Source: an uncultured delta proteobacterium
Lineage (GTDB): Bacteria; Myxococcota_A; Polyangia; Polyangiales; Polyangiaceae
Direction of reading: 5' to 3'
Length of the DNA: 64,000 nt
NCBI GenBank assembly: GCA_963841435.1
Contig: CAWJCS010000006.1
Location: forward strand, 1,440,001 to 1,504,000
Position numbers and translations under genes: made by a program. Of this stretch, positions 48,673 to 59,297 are shown piece by piece. The number at the start of each line of letters is the position of its first letter. The stretch's first letter is position 1. The notes beneath the pieces were generated by a model. The model searched no databases and had not been told where the DNA came from. It saw only the letters and a list, made by a program, of their open reading frames with translations.

Positions 48673-49258
48673 TCAGCTCTGAAGCTCTTGCCAGCGGCGC
48701 TTCACGTCTTCCTTCGTGAAGATGGCCGAGACTGGGACGTTCGGGCCTGCCGCCCTCCGGATGTTCGCCATACCGTCGGACTGCTGGCGGTCGACGAGCA
48801 CGATGACCTGCACGACGTTCAAGCCGAACTCGCGGGCCGCCTCGAGCGCCTTGATGGTCGAAGAGCCGCTGGTGCAGAACGTCGTCAACGACAGCGACGG
48901 CCTCGCCGGGCTTTACGCTTCCCTCGACGAGCTTCTTCTGGCCGTGGCCCTTGGCTTCCTTGCGGACGGAGAACCAACGGACGGGCTGCGGCGTGCTCGC
49001 GCTCGCGACGCTCGCCGCCATGGCGATCGGGTCGGAGCCCATGGTAAGCCCGCCAATCGCCTGGACCGCGCTCGCCAGCGCTCCGTGGAAAACGGGCCCG
49101 AGCGCCGCCATGGCGCTCGGCTGGCTCAGAGCGAGCTTGCAGTCCAGGTATTCAGGGCTGTATTGCCCCGACACGAGGAGAAACGGCTTCTCCTCGGAGT
49201 ACTGGTACGCGTGGCGTGCCAGCTCGTCGAGCAACGCAGCCCGAGAGTCGGTTTGCAA
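48673..49258 (-). CDS. pyrE: Orotate phosphoribosyltransferase (frameshift at ~48878)
   Basis: F.LVSGQ.S..YLDC, GGLTMGSDP and VRKEAKGHG. Removing one T restores the PRPP motif VVDDVCTSGSS and the tail LVDRQ...WQELQS*. Confidence 0.88.
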
Positions 49259-49299
49259 CGTGTTTGTGCCTCCGAAGCGGAGGGACAGAGGCCGGAAGG

Positions 49300-49683
49300 C
49301 TAGTTGTTGGAGGTGATGACGTCGCCGCCTTCACCGCCCATGCCGCCTTCACCGCTCATGCCGCCTTCGCCACCGATGACGCCGGTGCCGGCCGTGCCGC
49401 CACCGCCGGTACCACCACCGGAGGTGCCGCTCGTGCCGCTCGTGCCGCCCGTTGCGGAGGTGCCGCCCGTTGCGGAGGTGCCGCCGGTGCTGCCGCCCTT
49501 GCCACCGCTGGCGCTAACGCCGCCGGTGCCGCCGGTGCCGCCCTTGCCGCCCGAACCCGGAGTCGGGGTCGTGTCGTCGCCCCCACAGGCGACGTAGCAA
49601 GTGCTGCTCAGCGCAGCGAGGACCAGCGCAAGCGTGCCCGGTCGGGTTTTGATGTTGAATCCAAGGTTGTTCAAGTTCCCCAT
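49300..49683 (-). CDS. Small lipoprotein whose mature part is almost entirely Gly/Thr/Ser low-complexity
   Basis: Signal peptide ending VA-C, then GGDDTTPTPGSGGKGGTGG...GEGGDVITSNN*. Internal 18-bp repeats at 49324-49377 (x3) and 49442-49477 (x2). Confidence 0.75.
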   Translation of the reverse strand: MGNLNNLGFNIKTRPGTLALVLAALSSTCYVACGGDDTTPTPGSGGKGGTGGTGGVSASGGKGGSTGGTSATGGTSATGGTSGTSGTSGGGTGGGGTAGTGVIGGEGGMSGEGGMGGEGGDVITSNN

Positions 49684-49853
49684 GGTGAAAGTGGTCTTAT
49701 CCGCTTTGTCCTAGCGCGTCAACGGCCATCTCACGAGATTGTCACGATTGTCCGGGGCCCAGGATCTTGCTTTCCAGCCCCAGAAAAGTGCCGGTAACGT
49801 CCCGTTCATCCCTGGGTCACCTCGGCCGGGCCGGCCACTTCCTTGCCACGATC

Positions 49854-51355
49854 ATGAGACGCGCCGATCGCCAAGCATTTCGCCTGACTTATGCGGCCTG
49901 GCTGTTCGGCCTCTTCGCGTACTTCATGCCCGCGGCAACCTGGAACCCGGTTTCCCATTTCAATCTCACGAGAGCGATTGTCGAGGGGGGACGCTATCGG
50001 TTCAACTCGTTCGCGTCGAGCACGGGGGATCGGGCGCTCGTCAAGCCGGCCACTGGTACTCGGACAAGGCGCCCGTCGCTTCCGTCCTCGCGGTGCCCGC
50101 TTACGGCGTGCTCCGGGTCGTCCAGCGCATTCGCGGCGTCGCGCCGTCGTACAGAGCGATGGGCACGACGAACACGCCGGCGGTTCAGCCTGACGTCCGA
50201 ACGCGGCGTTTCAGCAGGGCCTGTACGTCTGCTCGCTGTTCACGAGCGGCATCGCGGGGGTCGCGCTCGGCCTGCTCGTGCTTCGAGTTGCTCCGTCGGC
50301 GGACCACGATACGGCGGGCGTTCGTGGGCTCGGCGGTCGCGCGTCGTTGCGACCCCAATTCTGCCCTACTCGACGAGCTTCTACGGGCACGTCCCCGCCG
50401 CCGCCTTCCTGCTCGCCGCGATTGTCTGTCTCGACACCCGCGGGAAGCGGTTCGGGGGCGGCCTCCTTCCCCATGGCGCGTGCGCACGGCTGGGGCGTGC
50501 CTGGTGCTCGCGGCAGGCTCCGAATACCTGGTCCTGGTTCCCGCGGCGCTCGTGGCGCTGTGGTTCACGGCGGTGACACGCTTCGAGCCGGCGCGTGGCG
50601 GTCGTTTGGCAGATGGTCCAGGGGGTCTTGCTCCCCGCGCTGCTCATCGGCGGCTACCACACCGCGGCGTTCGGCGCGCCGTGGCGCACGGGCTATTCGT
50701 TCGAAACGCAGGCTGAGATTTGCGGCGGGCCACGCGAGCGGATTCTCGGGCATCCACCTGCCGAGCGCCGCTGGCCTGTACGGGCTCACCCTCGGTGTTC
50801 GGCGCGGGCTGGTCTACGTCTCTCCGGTGTCTGTTGAGTCGCGATTCCTCTTCGCGGCAAGGCACGCGATCCGGACGACGCGACTGGGCCATCGGCGCGG
50901 GGCTCGGCGTGCTCTTGACTCTGCTCCTGCTCAACGCTGGCTACTACATGTGGTGGGGGGGTGCAGCGGCGGGGCCACGCCACCTCATCCCGGGATTAGT
51001 CTTTCTGGGAGCTGGCTTGGTCGTGCTTCTTCAGGTCCGGCCCCGATGGCTCCGCGTCGGTCACGCTGGGGCTCTGCGTCCTGTCGGCCGCCAACTCGCT
51101 CGCGCTGACGACCGTCGGCATCGAAGCCCCCGAACGGAACGACGTGATGCGCCGCTACGCCTGGCCGAGGATCTGGAAGGGTCGAATCGGCTCGCCCAAC
51201 GGAGGCAGCGAACCTCGGGCTCAAACTGGGCCTCCCGTCGCCCGTTGGTCTCCCCTAGCCCGGTATCGCAATTTGGCACCTGCGCCGGGTTCCTCTACCT
51301 ATTGCACGATTTGACCCGGCGGCGGCTTGCCGCCCCGACGCGCGGGCCCTCATGA
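49854..51355 (+). CDS. Multi-TM putative GT-C-type membrane protein, multiply frameshifted
   Basis: Fragments in successive frames: WNPVSHFNLTRAIVE, WYSDKAP, TPILPYSTSFYGH, YHTAAFGAPWRTGY, RGLVYVSP and WWGGAAAGPRHLIP. Confidence 0.65.
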
Positions 51356-51459
51356 CTGGCCAGCTCGGTCAGAGCTGACCCGGACGCGGCGCGCGAGTCG
51401 GGCATGGCAGGCCTTTCCCGCTTGCCAAGACCCGAGCGGCCGGAGTACGTGAAGCACGC

Positions 51460-52207
51460 TTGCGTATAGCGGTTGTCGTCCCCACTTATAACGAGGCGGA
51501 AAACCTCCCCAAGTTGGTCAGCACCCTGTTGGCGCTGCCCCTGGACCTATCGGTGCGCGTCGTGGACGACAACAGTCCTGACGGCACGGGGCGTCTCGCG
51601 GATGAGCTCGCGCCGAGCGATACCCTGATCGCGTTGCCATCATCCACCGCCCTGGAAAACTCGGGCTGCGGAGCGCTTACATCGAGGGGTTTCGGTCGGC
51701 CTTCGACGCTGGAGCGGACGCCGTCGCGCAGATGGATGCGGATTTTTCGCACGACCCGGAGCGCCTCGTGGACATGGCTCGAGCCCTCGAGATCAGCGAC
51801 GTGGTTCTAGGCTCCCGTTACGTCCCCGGCGGGAGCGTCAATCCGGCGTGGCCTGTGTGGCGTAAGGGCCTTTCGGCCTGGGGGAACTTCTACGCGCGGA
51901 GCATTCTCGGTCTCGATTTGCGCGACGTGACGACCGGCTTCCGCCTGTGGCGCCGCGAAGCGCTACAACGGATGCCGCTCGACGACATCCAATCGAGTGG
52001 CTACGTCTTCCTCGTGGAAATGGCCTACGTAGCGTCCAGGATGAACATGCGGTTCGCACAGGTTCCGATCCACTTTTCCGATCGTCGGTGGGAAAATCCA
52101 AGATGTCGCTGCGCATTCAACTCGAGGCAGCCATGCGTGTCTGGCAGGTGCGCTGGACGTACCGAAGGCTCCGCCCGACCTACCAGGGTGACTCGTCCCG
52201 GACGTGA
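51460..52207 (+). CDS. Polyprenol monophosphomannose synthase (Ppm1/DPM1-like), frameshifted
   Basis: [20 protein letters not shown], then [24 protein letters not shown] and GKSKMS across three frames. Confidence 0.85.
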
Positions 52208-54977
52208 GCAGGCGGCCGACGGGGCGGCCGCAGCGTTCGCAGGCTGGGGACGAGTTCGGTCATTCCTTTAGGCACACGCGGGCTCGTTGCTGTGTTCGTG
52301 TTGCTCGGTGCCGTTCCCCGAGTGTGGGCGGCCCTCAGCGACCACAGCGTCTTCTGGCCAGACGAGATCTACCAGAGTATCGAGCCCGCGCATCGCGCGG
52401 CGTTCGGCACGGACTAATCTCCTGGGAGTTTCGTGATGGCGCGCGATCGTGGCTGTTGCCCGGTCTCATCTATCTGATCATGAAACCGCTGGCGCTCGTG
52501 ACGAGCTCCGGGCTGGTGATGGTTTGCGCGGTCAAGCTAGCGATGGTTGCTGCGGCGTTGGTGGGCATCGCGTTCGCCGTCAAATACGCGGAGACCTTGG
52601 CCGGGCGTCCCGCCGCGGTGCTGTGCGGGCTGATGACTGCGTTCTACCCGCCGCTCCTGGTGCTTTCGCACCGAGCGACGCCGGAGATGGCGAGCGCACC
52701 CTTGCTGATCTGGGCCGTGCTTGCCCTGGCACAGCGTCGCCCGCGGGTCTCGGGAATGGCGGCAGCAGGAGCATGGGCGTTTCGCATGCAATCGGCGCCA
52801 ATTGCCGTCGTGCTGTTCGTCAGCCTGCTTTGGCGCCGGCGCTTCGCGGACGCCCGCGCCTTCATGGGTGGGGCCATCCTCGTCGGCTTGGCAAGTGGCC
52901 TACTTGACTGGGTGACGTGGGGTCGACCTTTCGGTTCCACGATCGCATACATGGAGTTCACTCTTCAGGGTGGCTCCTCCACGTTCGGCGTTTACCCCGC
53001 GTCTTACTATCTGCAAACAACTGCCGCGGCGACCGGGTTGATGCTGCCCGTCGTCCTCGTCGGCCTCCTCGGTGCCTTCAGGGTCGCCCCCGTCGCGCTG
53101 CTCGCTGCAGCAAGCTTCGTCTTGGCGCACTGTCTCATTCCGCACAAGGAGTACCGCTTCCTATCGCCAATCATGCCGCTTGCCCTGTCGCTTGCCGCCG
53201 CCGGGCTCGCCGACTCGGCGGCCCGGATTCGGGTCCCTGCGTGGGCGCTGGGCGCTCTGGGAGTCCTCTGTGCAGTTGGCTCCGCGTTCAAGGTTCGTAC
53301 GCTGACGAATGGCGATCTCGGTCACTACCTCGGTCGACCCTACGCGGGGGACTCCGTTTGGCATTTTCAGGAGGGTCCCACCCTGTTGCTGGCCGAGGCC
53401 GGCCAGCGTGCCGACCTTTGTGGTGTCTTGACCCTGGGTCTACGAGCTGGCTTTACGGGTGGGTTTTCCTATCTTCACCGCAACGTCCCGCTCCTCTACC
53501 GGCACCAGGCTTGTGACGCGACGAGCACGGGCAACTACATCATCGCCGCTCCGCAGTCGGAGGTTCCCCGCGACTATTCGCTCGTGGATGCTCGCGACGG
53601 GTACCGGTTGTTGCGGCGAGCCGGTGCCTGCGCGCCACCGCCAGCCGGGTACGACGAGATGCTGGAGGGGGCCGACGACATGGGACTCTACCGGGCGCCC
53701 ATCGTCCAGCCCGACAAGTCAGAGCTCAACATCGCCGCCGGCTCGAGCGCGGCCGCGTTCGTTAGCGGGTTTAGCCACGGTGAGAAGCTGGAGTGCCGTG
53801 ACGTTCGCTGGGCGATGGGCAAATCCTCGCGCGTGGTCTTCCCGCTCGAGCCCACCGGAGGCGCGTACTCGTTCACGTTCAGCGCCCAGCCGTACTTCCG
53901 CGCGCTTCCCCAAACCACCAAGGTTAGCCTCAACGGCAAGCCACTTGCCGATTTCTCCATGTCGGAAGGCTGGGGTGGCTACCAAGCAGCCGTGCGCAGT
54001 GATCGGCTGCGGCAAGGCCAAAACACGCTCGATTTCTGATTTTCGAACGCGACGCGCGCCGAGGGGAACGACACGCGTGAGCTCGCTGTGCTCTTCGATC
54101 GCATTTCGCTCGTGCCGCTCATATCCACCATCCGGATCGACGCCGGCACGAGCGAGGGGCGTGCCTATCTGGCCAGCGGTTTCAGTGGCGACGAGAAGAG
54201 CGGGCGACGCACGGTGGTGTGGAGTGACGGTTCGCGATCGAGGATCCAAATGTTGACCGGCAGCCCGGACGCCCCTACCGTTCTCTCGGTCACGGCGCTC
54301 GCCTATCACCCGGTGGCCCCGCAGATCGTCGGGATTATCGTGAACGGAAAGCCGGCAGGCACGTTGCGGGTGACCGGAACCTGGGCCAGGCAAACGGCGT
54401 TGCTGGCGCCGGGCGTCCTGAATCACGATCTGAACGACCTAGAATTCGTCTACGAACGCACCGCCCGTCCAAAGGACAGCGATCCGACCGCTCAGGACCC
54501 TCGCGACTTGGCCGTGATGTTCGACGACATCACGATCGCGCCGTTGCCGACCAGCCGGTCCATCGACCTTGGTACGCCGCCGGCGCGACTCCAGATGCTG
54601 GATGGCTGGAGCGTCGACGAGCGGCAGGGTGAGCGCACAGCGGTGTGGAACGACGGCGCCCTGTCCGTGCTCGCCTTCCGGCAACTCGAGGTGCCTAGCG
54701 GCAGGTCAGTCTTGAGGATCGCCGCTCGCGCCTTCGGTCCCGCGCTGCCGCTGAACGTCGAGGTCGCCATGAACGGCAAGGCCCTGGGGTCCGTACAGCC
54801 ACGCGCCGACTGGAGCACGCTCGAAGTGGAGGTGCCGGAAAGCGGCGTCGTCCGCGGAGTGAACCTCATCGAGTCCGGTACGGCCGCACCGTCAGGCCTA
54901 GCGTCGTGAATCCGGCCTCGAAAGACGTTCGGGACCTGGCCCTGCGTGTCGACCGCGTGGAAATGACAAGTCGCTAG
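52204..54977 (+). CDS. Alg9/PigB-like (GT22) membrane glycosyltransferase with three C-terminal beta-sandwich repeats, frameshifted
   Basis: WPDEIYQ..EPAH (shifted frame), WEF..GARSW and IPHKEYRFL. Continues via 54040-54900 to TAG at 54977. Three repeats of G(F/W)S..E...W..G...D.R.LA..(F/V)D. Confidence 0.75.
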
Positions 54978-55046
54978 GGGTCCTCGAAACTCGCACTCCG
55001 CCGCCCCAGCTTGCGAGAACCCGCGCGATTGAGCTATTCGAGGAGC

Positions 55047-55616
55047 ATGCGTGGCTTGGCCTTGTCGTTGCTCTTGGTCCTCCCTGCCGGCTGTGATGCC
55101 GACGCCGATAGGGTGGCGCCAGCTGCCCACCGAACCGACGACCCCGGGGCACAACCAGCGGCGCCCGCCCAGTCTACCGAGGCGGCACCAGCGGCGGCGA
55201 CGCCGGGCCTGTCCCCTGGCGAAGACGCTAAGTTGCGGCGCAAGTACGGGCCCGCCGATATGAAGTACAACGCGTGCGTCAAGGTCTTGGGCACGACGAT
55301 TGAGGGGCGTAACTGCCCGGCGACGATCATCGTCTACGGTCCGTATGCCAACGTTCCCTCGAACGCGGAGATCGAGCTGACGTTCGACATTCAGGGCACG
55401 ACGGATATCCAAGTTTACAGCGACATGTTCGCTCAAGTCGGCAAGCGCCCGCTCGGCGCACTCTCGCCGCAGACCATTCCCGCAGGCGAGAAGCGCAGGC
55501 TCGGCTATCGAGTCAACCTGCTGACCGGCGACATTGCGATGGAGGCCAGGATCTGGCTCCACGGCACCGGCCCCGCCGACTTCGACATCACCAACCTCAG
55601 CCTCTCAGTCCGCTAG
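55047..55616 (+). CDS. Lipoprotein with a beta-sandwich domain (YGPY motif)
   Basis: AGGAG RBS, lipobox PAG-C, Ala/Pro linker, then IIVYGPY...ELTFDI...EARIW. Confidence 0.75.
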   Translation: MRGLALSLLLVLPAGCDADADRVAPAAHRTDDPGAQPAAPAQSTEAAPAAATPGLSPGEDAKLRRKYGPADMKYNACVKVLGTTIEGRNCPATIIVYGPYANVPSNAEIELTFDIQGTTDIQVYSDMFAQVGKRPLGALSPQTIPAGEKRRLGYRVNLLTGDIAMEARIWLHGTGPADFDITNLSLSVR

Positions 55617-55617
55617 C

Positions 55618-57012
55618 GCCGCCTCGATCTCAACGTGGGAAACGACCCGGGAGCCTCCAATCCAGGAAGTCCGGCACGCCAGTTCCTCGAGCGGTCAGCT
55701 TTTGCTGGCCGCGTACGCCCTCCTGGTGCTCGGGGTCTTCGACAATGACGGGCAGTACAGCAGCGTCGGCCTGACCCTAACGCTGGCTGGCTTTCTCGTT
55801 TTCGTGCTCGCGATGTGGCGCGTTGCGAAGCCCCCGGTGCTCGCCGCCCTTCCCTCACAGCGAGCGATCGCTGCCATCTTGCTGCTGCTCCTGGTGTTCG
55901 GCGTTCGCAAGGCCCCATGCCTGTGGTTGCACGACTTGACCTTCGTGGACACGACACGGACGGCGTGCTGGTCGGTCGCCGGTGGGACGGCTCTGGCGTA
56001 CCTCTTGCTCCCGACGCAGCGCACGGTCCAGAGCGTCGCGTTTGGTGTCAGCGTCGCCGTCGCGATTGGCTTGCGACTGATGATGCTGCGTGCCTCCCCC
56101 TCCCCCTTCATCGACGTTTTCGAGCTGGCGCAGCAGTGCTCCGGCTATCTGCTGCATGCGTTCAATCCGTATTCGAATCCGATCTGGGCCGGGGGCCACG
56201 ACGGCCATGTCTACGTCTTCAACGGCTACGCCTATCCCCCCGCGAATCTGCTGCTCCAAGCCCCTGCGTTTGCGCTCACGGGAGACGCGCGCGTCGCCAA
56301 CGTCTTGGCGGACGTTGCGTTTGCTGCCTGCCTCTGGTTGGTCGCCGATGGAGCTCCCGCGGCGAGTCGGCAGCTCCTCGTGCTCGTCCACCTCTTCCAA
56401 CCAAAATCCCTGTTCGTGCTGGAGAATGCGTGGACCGAGCCACTGACGCTCGGCATGTTCGGGCTCTGCGTGTTGCTGCTCCGACGAACGAAACGCACCG
56501 CCGCCGCGGCTGTCTGCGGCTTCATGCTCACGATGAAGCACTATCTGCTGTTCGTGGCGCCCCAGTACTTGCTCGTCGAGAGATCGCGCAAACGTTTGCT
56601 CGTGTTGTGCGGAGTGGGCTTGGCGACCGTGCTCCCCTTCATCGCGTTCGACCCGAAGAGCTTCTGGGAAAATGGGTTGATGCTGGTCGTCAGCCTCCCG
56701 TTTTCCAACCAAGCCCTCGGCATCGCTTCGTTCCTGAACCGCACCTTCGGATGGGTGCCAGGGCCACCCCTGAGCATCGCGGTCGGGATCCTGTCCGCCG
56801 TGGCATTCCCGTCTTGCTACGCCGCCTCCCCGACATCTCGCGCTTCGTCTTGTCGGCCGCAGGGACGCTGTTTGCAACGTTCTTCCTGGGGCGCCAAGGC
56901 GTTCTGCAACTACTACTACCTGGTCGCCGGGCTCATGTTGCTCGGGCTTGCCGTGCAGGCCGTGGAGCGGGAACGGGGCCCCGCTTCCGACTTGGTGTCG
57001 CGCGACGCTTGA
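55618..57012 (+). CDS. GT87/DUF2029-like membrane glycosyltransferase (start unclear; compensating frameshifts ~56811-56890)
   Basis: IDVF...NPY, YAYPP, GDAR, WTEP, TMKHY, LPFIAFD and KAFCNYYY, with many TM segments. Confidence 0.7.
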   Translation, partial: AASISTWETTREPPIQEVRHASSSSGQLLLAAYALLVLGVFDNDGQYSSVGLTLTLAGFLVFVLAMWRVAKPPVLAALPSQRAIAAILLLLLVFGVRKAPCLWLHDLTFVDTTRTACWSVAGGTALAYLLLPTQRTVQSVAFGVSVAVAIGLRLMMLRASPSPFIDVFELAQQCSGYLLHAFNPYSNPIWAGGHDGHVYVFNGYAYPPANLLLQAPAFALTGDARVANVLADVAFAACLWLVADGAPAASRQLLVLVHLFQPKSLFVLENAWTEPLTLGMFGLCVLLLRRTKRTAAAAVCGFMLTMKHYLLFVAPQYLLVERSRKRLLVLCGVGLATVLPFIAFDPKSFWENGLMLVVSLPFSNQALGIASFLNRTFGWVPGPPLSIAVGILSAVAFPSCYAASPTSRASSCRPQGRCLQRSSWGAKAFCNYYYLVAGLMLLGLAVQAVERERGPASDLVSRDA

Positions 57013-57021
57013 CCGGGGGCG

Positions 57022-59227
57022 TTACTCGTCGCTGGAAAGCGCCCTCACCGTCGGCTTTCCGACGCCGAACGCCACACGACGACCGTCCCGGGACGGATCG
57101 GGCAAGGCGCCCGCGTCCGTGCGCAGCCTAACGAGCGTCGCATCCGCGGTGGGAGTCCATTCGAACTCGAGTCGGCCGTCCGCACCCTTTGCGAGCTTGA
57201 CTGAACCGACCGCGTTGTCGCCGACCATGGCCCGGACGGTCCGCTCCGAGTTCGTCGCGACCGGAACGCGGACGAAGTATCGCCGTCCCGGCCGCATGAT
57301 CCCGATGATTGCCAAGGTCGCGTCGCCGGACGACCAGGCGACGCGCTCCACGAGTGTCTGGGACGGCAGGTAGCGAGCGTCGGGTTGCCATCCCCACGGG
57401 AAACCCGCCTTGAGTCTGACCGCTGCGTCGTCGATGGGTAGCCACCTGGCCCGTCGCCGCAGCTTGTAGGCGACCAGGTCCTTCTGGTCGCTCTCTACCC
57501 GGGAAAGACGGAGTGCGCTGAGCGACTCCTCGAGCCACCGCGCGCCATCGGCGAACCCGCGTCGATTGATGAGCAGGCCGTCGAACCCGTGCTCTTCGAG
57601 GAAGTTAACCATCGCGACGGGTGCCATCTCCTCGACCTGCATCTGCCAGCGCTCCCTCGGGCGGCCCTTGTGCGTTCCGAACGTGAAACGGAGGGATGTC
57701 GTCCACAGAAAAGGCCGGAAGGGCTCGCAATCCTGCATCCGCGCGATGGGTGAAGACTCCGGAAACTCCATGACGGGTAGCTCGAACAGCATCGCCGAGG
57801 CGCGGAAGCGGCGTTCCAATCGGGAACCGAACCTGCGATCCGACGCGACACTCTGCGCCACTGCTCGGCTGCGCTGAGCATAGTCGTGAGGTCGCAAACC
57901 AGATGCTTCTACCAACCCCCACAATGACACCGCGAGAGCCGCGGCGGACCTGAGATTCGGCTTGGGAACGGAATCGAGGGCACGGCAACCCCAGAGCAGT
58001 GTCGCGCACAGCACGAGGACGGAGTAGCGGTTCACGGACCGGAGCCAGGTCAACCCCAGGGAACCGAGCAAATAGTCGAACCCTCCACTCAGCGAGAACA
58101 ACAGCAAGTAGCCAACCAGCCACGCTTCCCAGGGGATCTGGGCGAACCGCCTAGCCAGCCCCAGGTAGAGCGAGCGCAGCAGGAGCGCAACAAGCAACGC
58201 GCCTCCGACGAGGCCCTGAAATGCGGTCGTATTTTCCGTCGGGGGATTCCCTGCCTCGAAGTAGTGCGACCGCGCGAAGCGCTCCCACGGCGCGATGACG
58301 TGCTGCAGGGGCATGAAAAGGTCCGGGATCCGCAGCGCCCAAAGCTGAATCGACGCGAGGCTTCGCCCTGAAAATGCGTCGTTTGCGCCAGCGAACCATC
58401 TGCGGAGGTAGACGTTGAGCTGCCCGAACAGAAAGCTCGTGACACCGACGGCGAGCACCTTGAGCCCGAAGGCGGCAACCTTGTTCCTGCCGACGATGAA
58501 GCTTCTCAGCGTCGCGAGCGCGAGGATCTGGAAAGCGATCGGCGGATAGTAAGGATTCTGAAGAGAGGTTGCCACGAGCAGCGCGTAGGCGCACAGCCGC
58601 CATCCGACCGACGGGACGTGCGCGTCGCTCGCGATCCTCACGGCCAGAAGCAAGAGCAGCGGAATGTGCCATAGGATCGAAACGTTCACGTGCTCGAGAG
58701 CCCGCCCCATCATGAAGGGGCTAAAGGCAAAGAGCAGGGCCGCCGCGTGGGCCACCGGCGGAGTACGCCCGAGCCGGCGCGCCGTCCACGCGAATGCAAG
58801 GGCGGCGCTCACGTGCGCGAACAGCGAGACCACGTTGGCCGCGGCGCCGAGCGACAGGAACCGGAGCAGCCCGCCCCATGCGTAGAAGATGAGCTTTTCG
58901 GTATGCGGATAGTCGTTCCAGTCCGCGCCGAACGGAGCGTTGAGTCGGTGGATTTCGAGGTTCCACGGGGGTGGAAGCTCGGAGAATCCCTTGGCGATTC
59001 CCATCACGAGCAACGTGTCGCCTCCCCCCACATACGACACTGGAAGCTCGAACGAGCGTGTGCCAGGCCAGCGCGCGTAGTAGTTGCACCAACCGAGCAC
59101 GACGATGCTCGTCGTCACCAGGTAGGTCCAGCCCGTGGATCGCGCGTTCAACCAACCAGAGCTTCAACCGAGCCCCGGCCGTCCCCAAGAGCGTCGGAAC
59201 ACGGGGGTCCAGCGTCGCCTCGCTCAC
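57022..59227 (-). CDS. YfhO-like multi-TM putative GT-C glycosyltransferase with a C-terminal extracytoplasmic domain
   Basis: RLNAPFG..WNDYP, FAFSPF...R..EH, LRSVNRYSV, LP.MEFPE and LRFTFG..KGR. The ORF is open from TTG 59151; the likely true start is GTG 59227 with a frameshift near 59140. Confidence 0.68.
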
Positions 59228-59297
59228 GCTGCTCCGCGAAGCGTCGCCCGCCTCGTCCCTCCGTACCGTGCGGTCGTGATCGTGCCGCGCCGGGTCG

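Noticed and set aside
48673-49258. pyrE as a pseudogene or programmed frameshift
   Set aside because: There is a single extra base with no slippery sequence and both halves are intact, consistent with the sequencing-type indels nearby.
49754-49771. Sigma54 -24/-12 promoter upstream of the GT island
   Set aside because: The GG-to-GC spacing is 11 rather than the required 10 nt, and there is no TGGCAC.
49872-49899. Second dif-like half-site (reverse complement GGCCGCATAA)
   Set aside because: It lies inside a coding region and has no XerD arm at 6-bp spacing.
6890-56105. KOPS-like GGGGAGGG octamers polarised toward dif (17451 +, 21295 +, 56098 -)
   Set aside because: There are too few sites, one is counter-oriented (6890 -), my scan was not exhaustive, and the motif is not established for this lineage.
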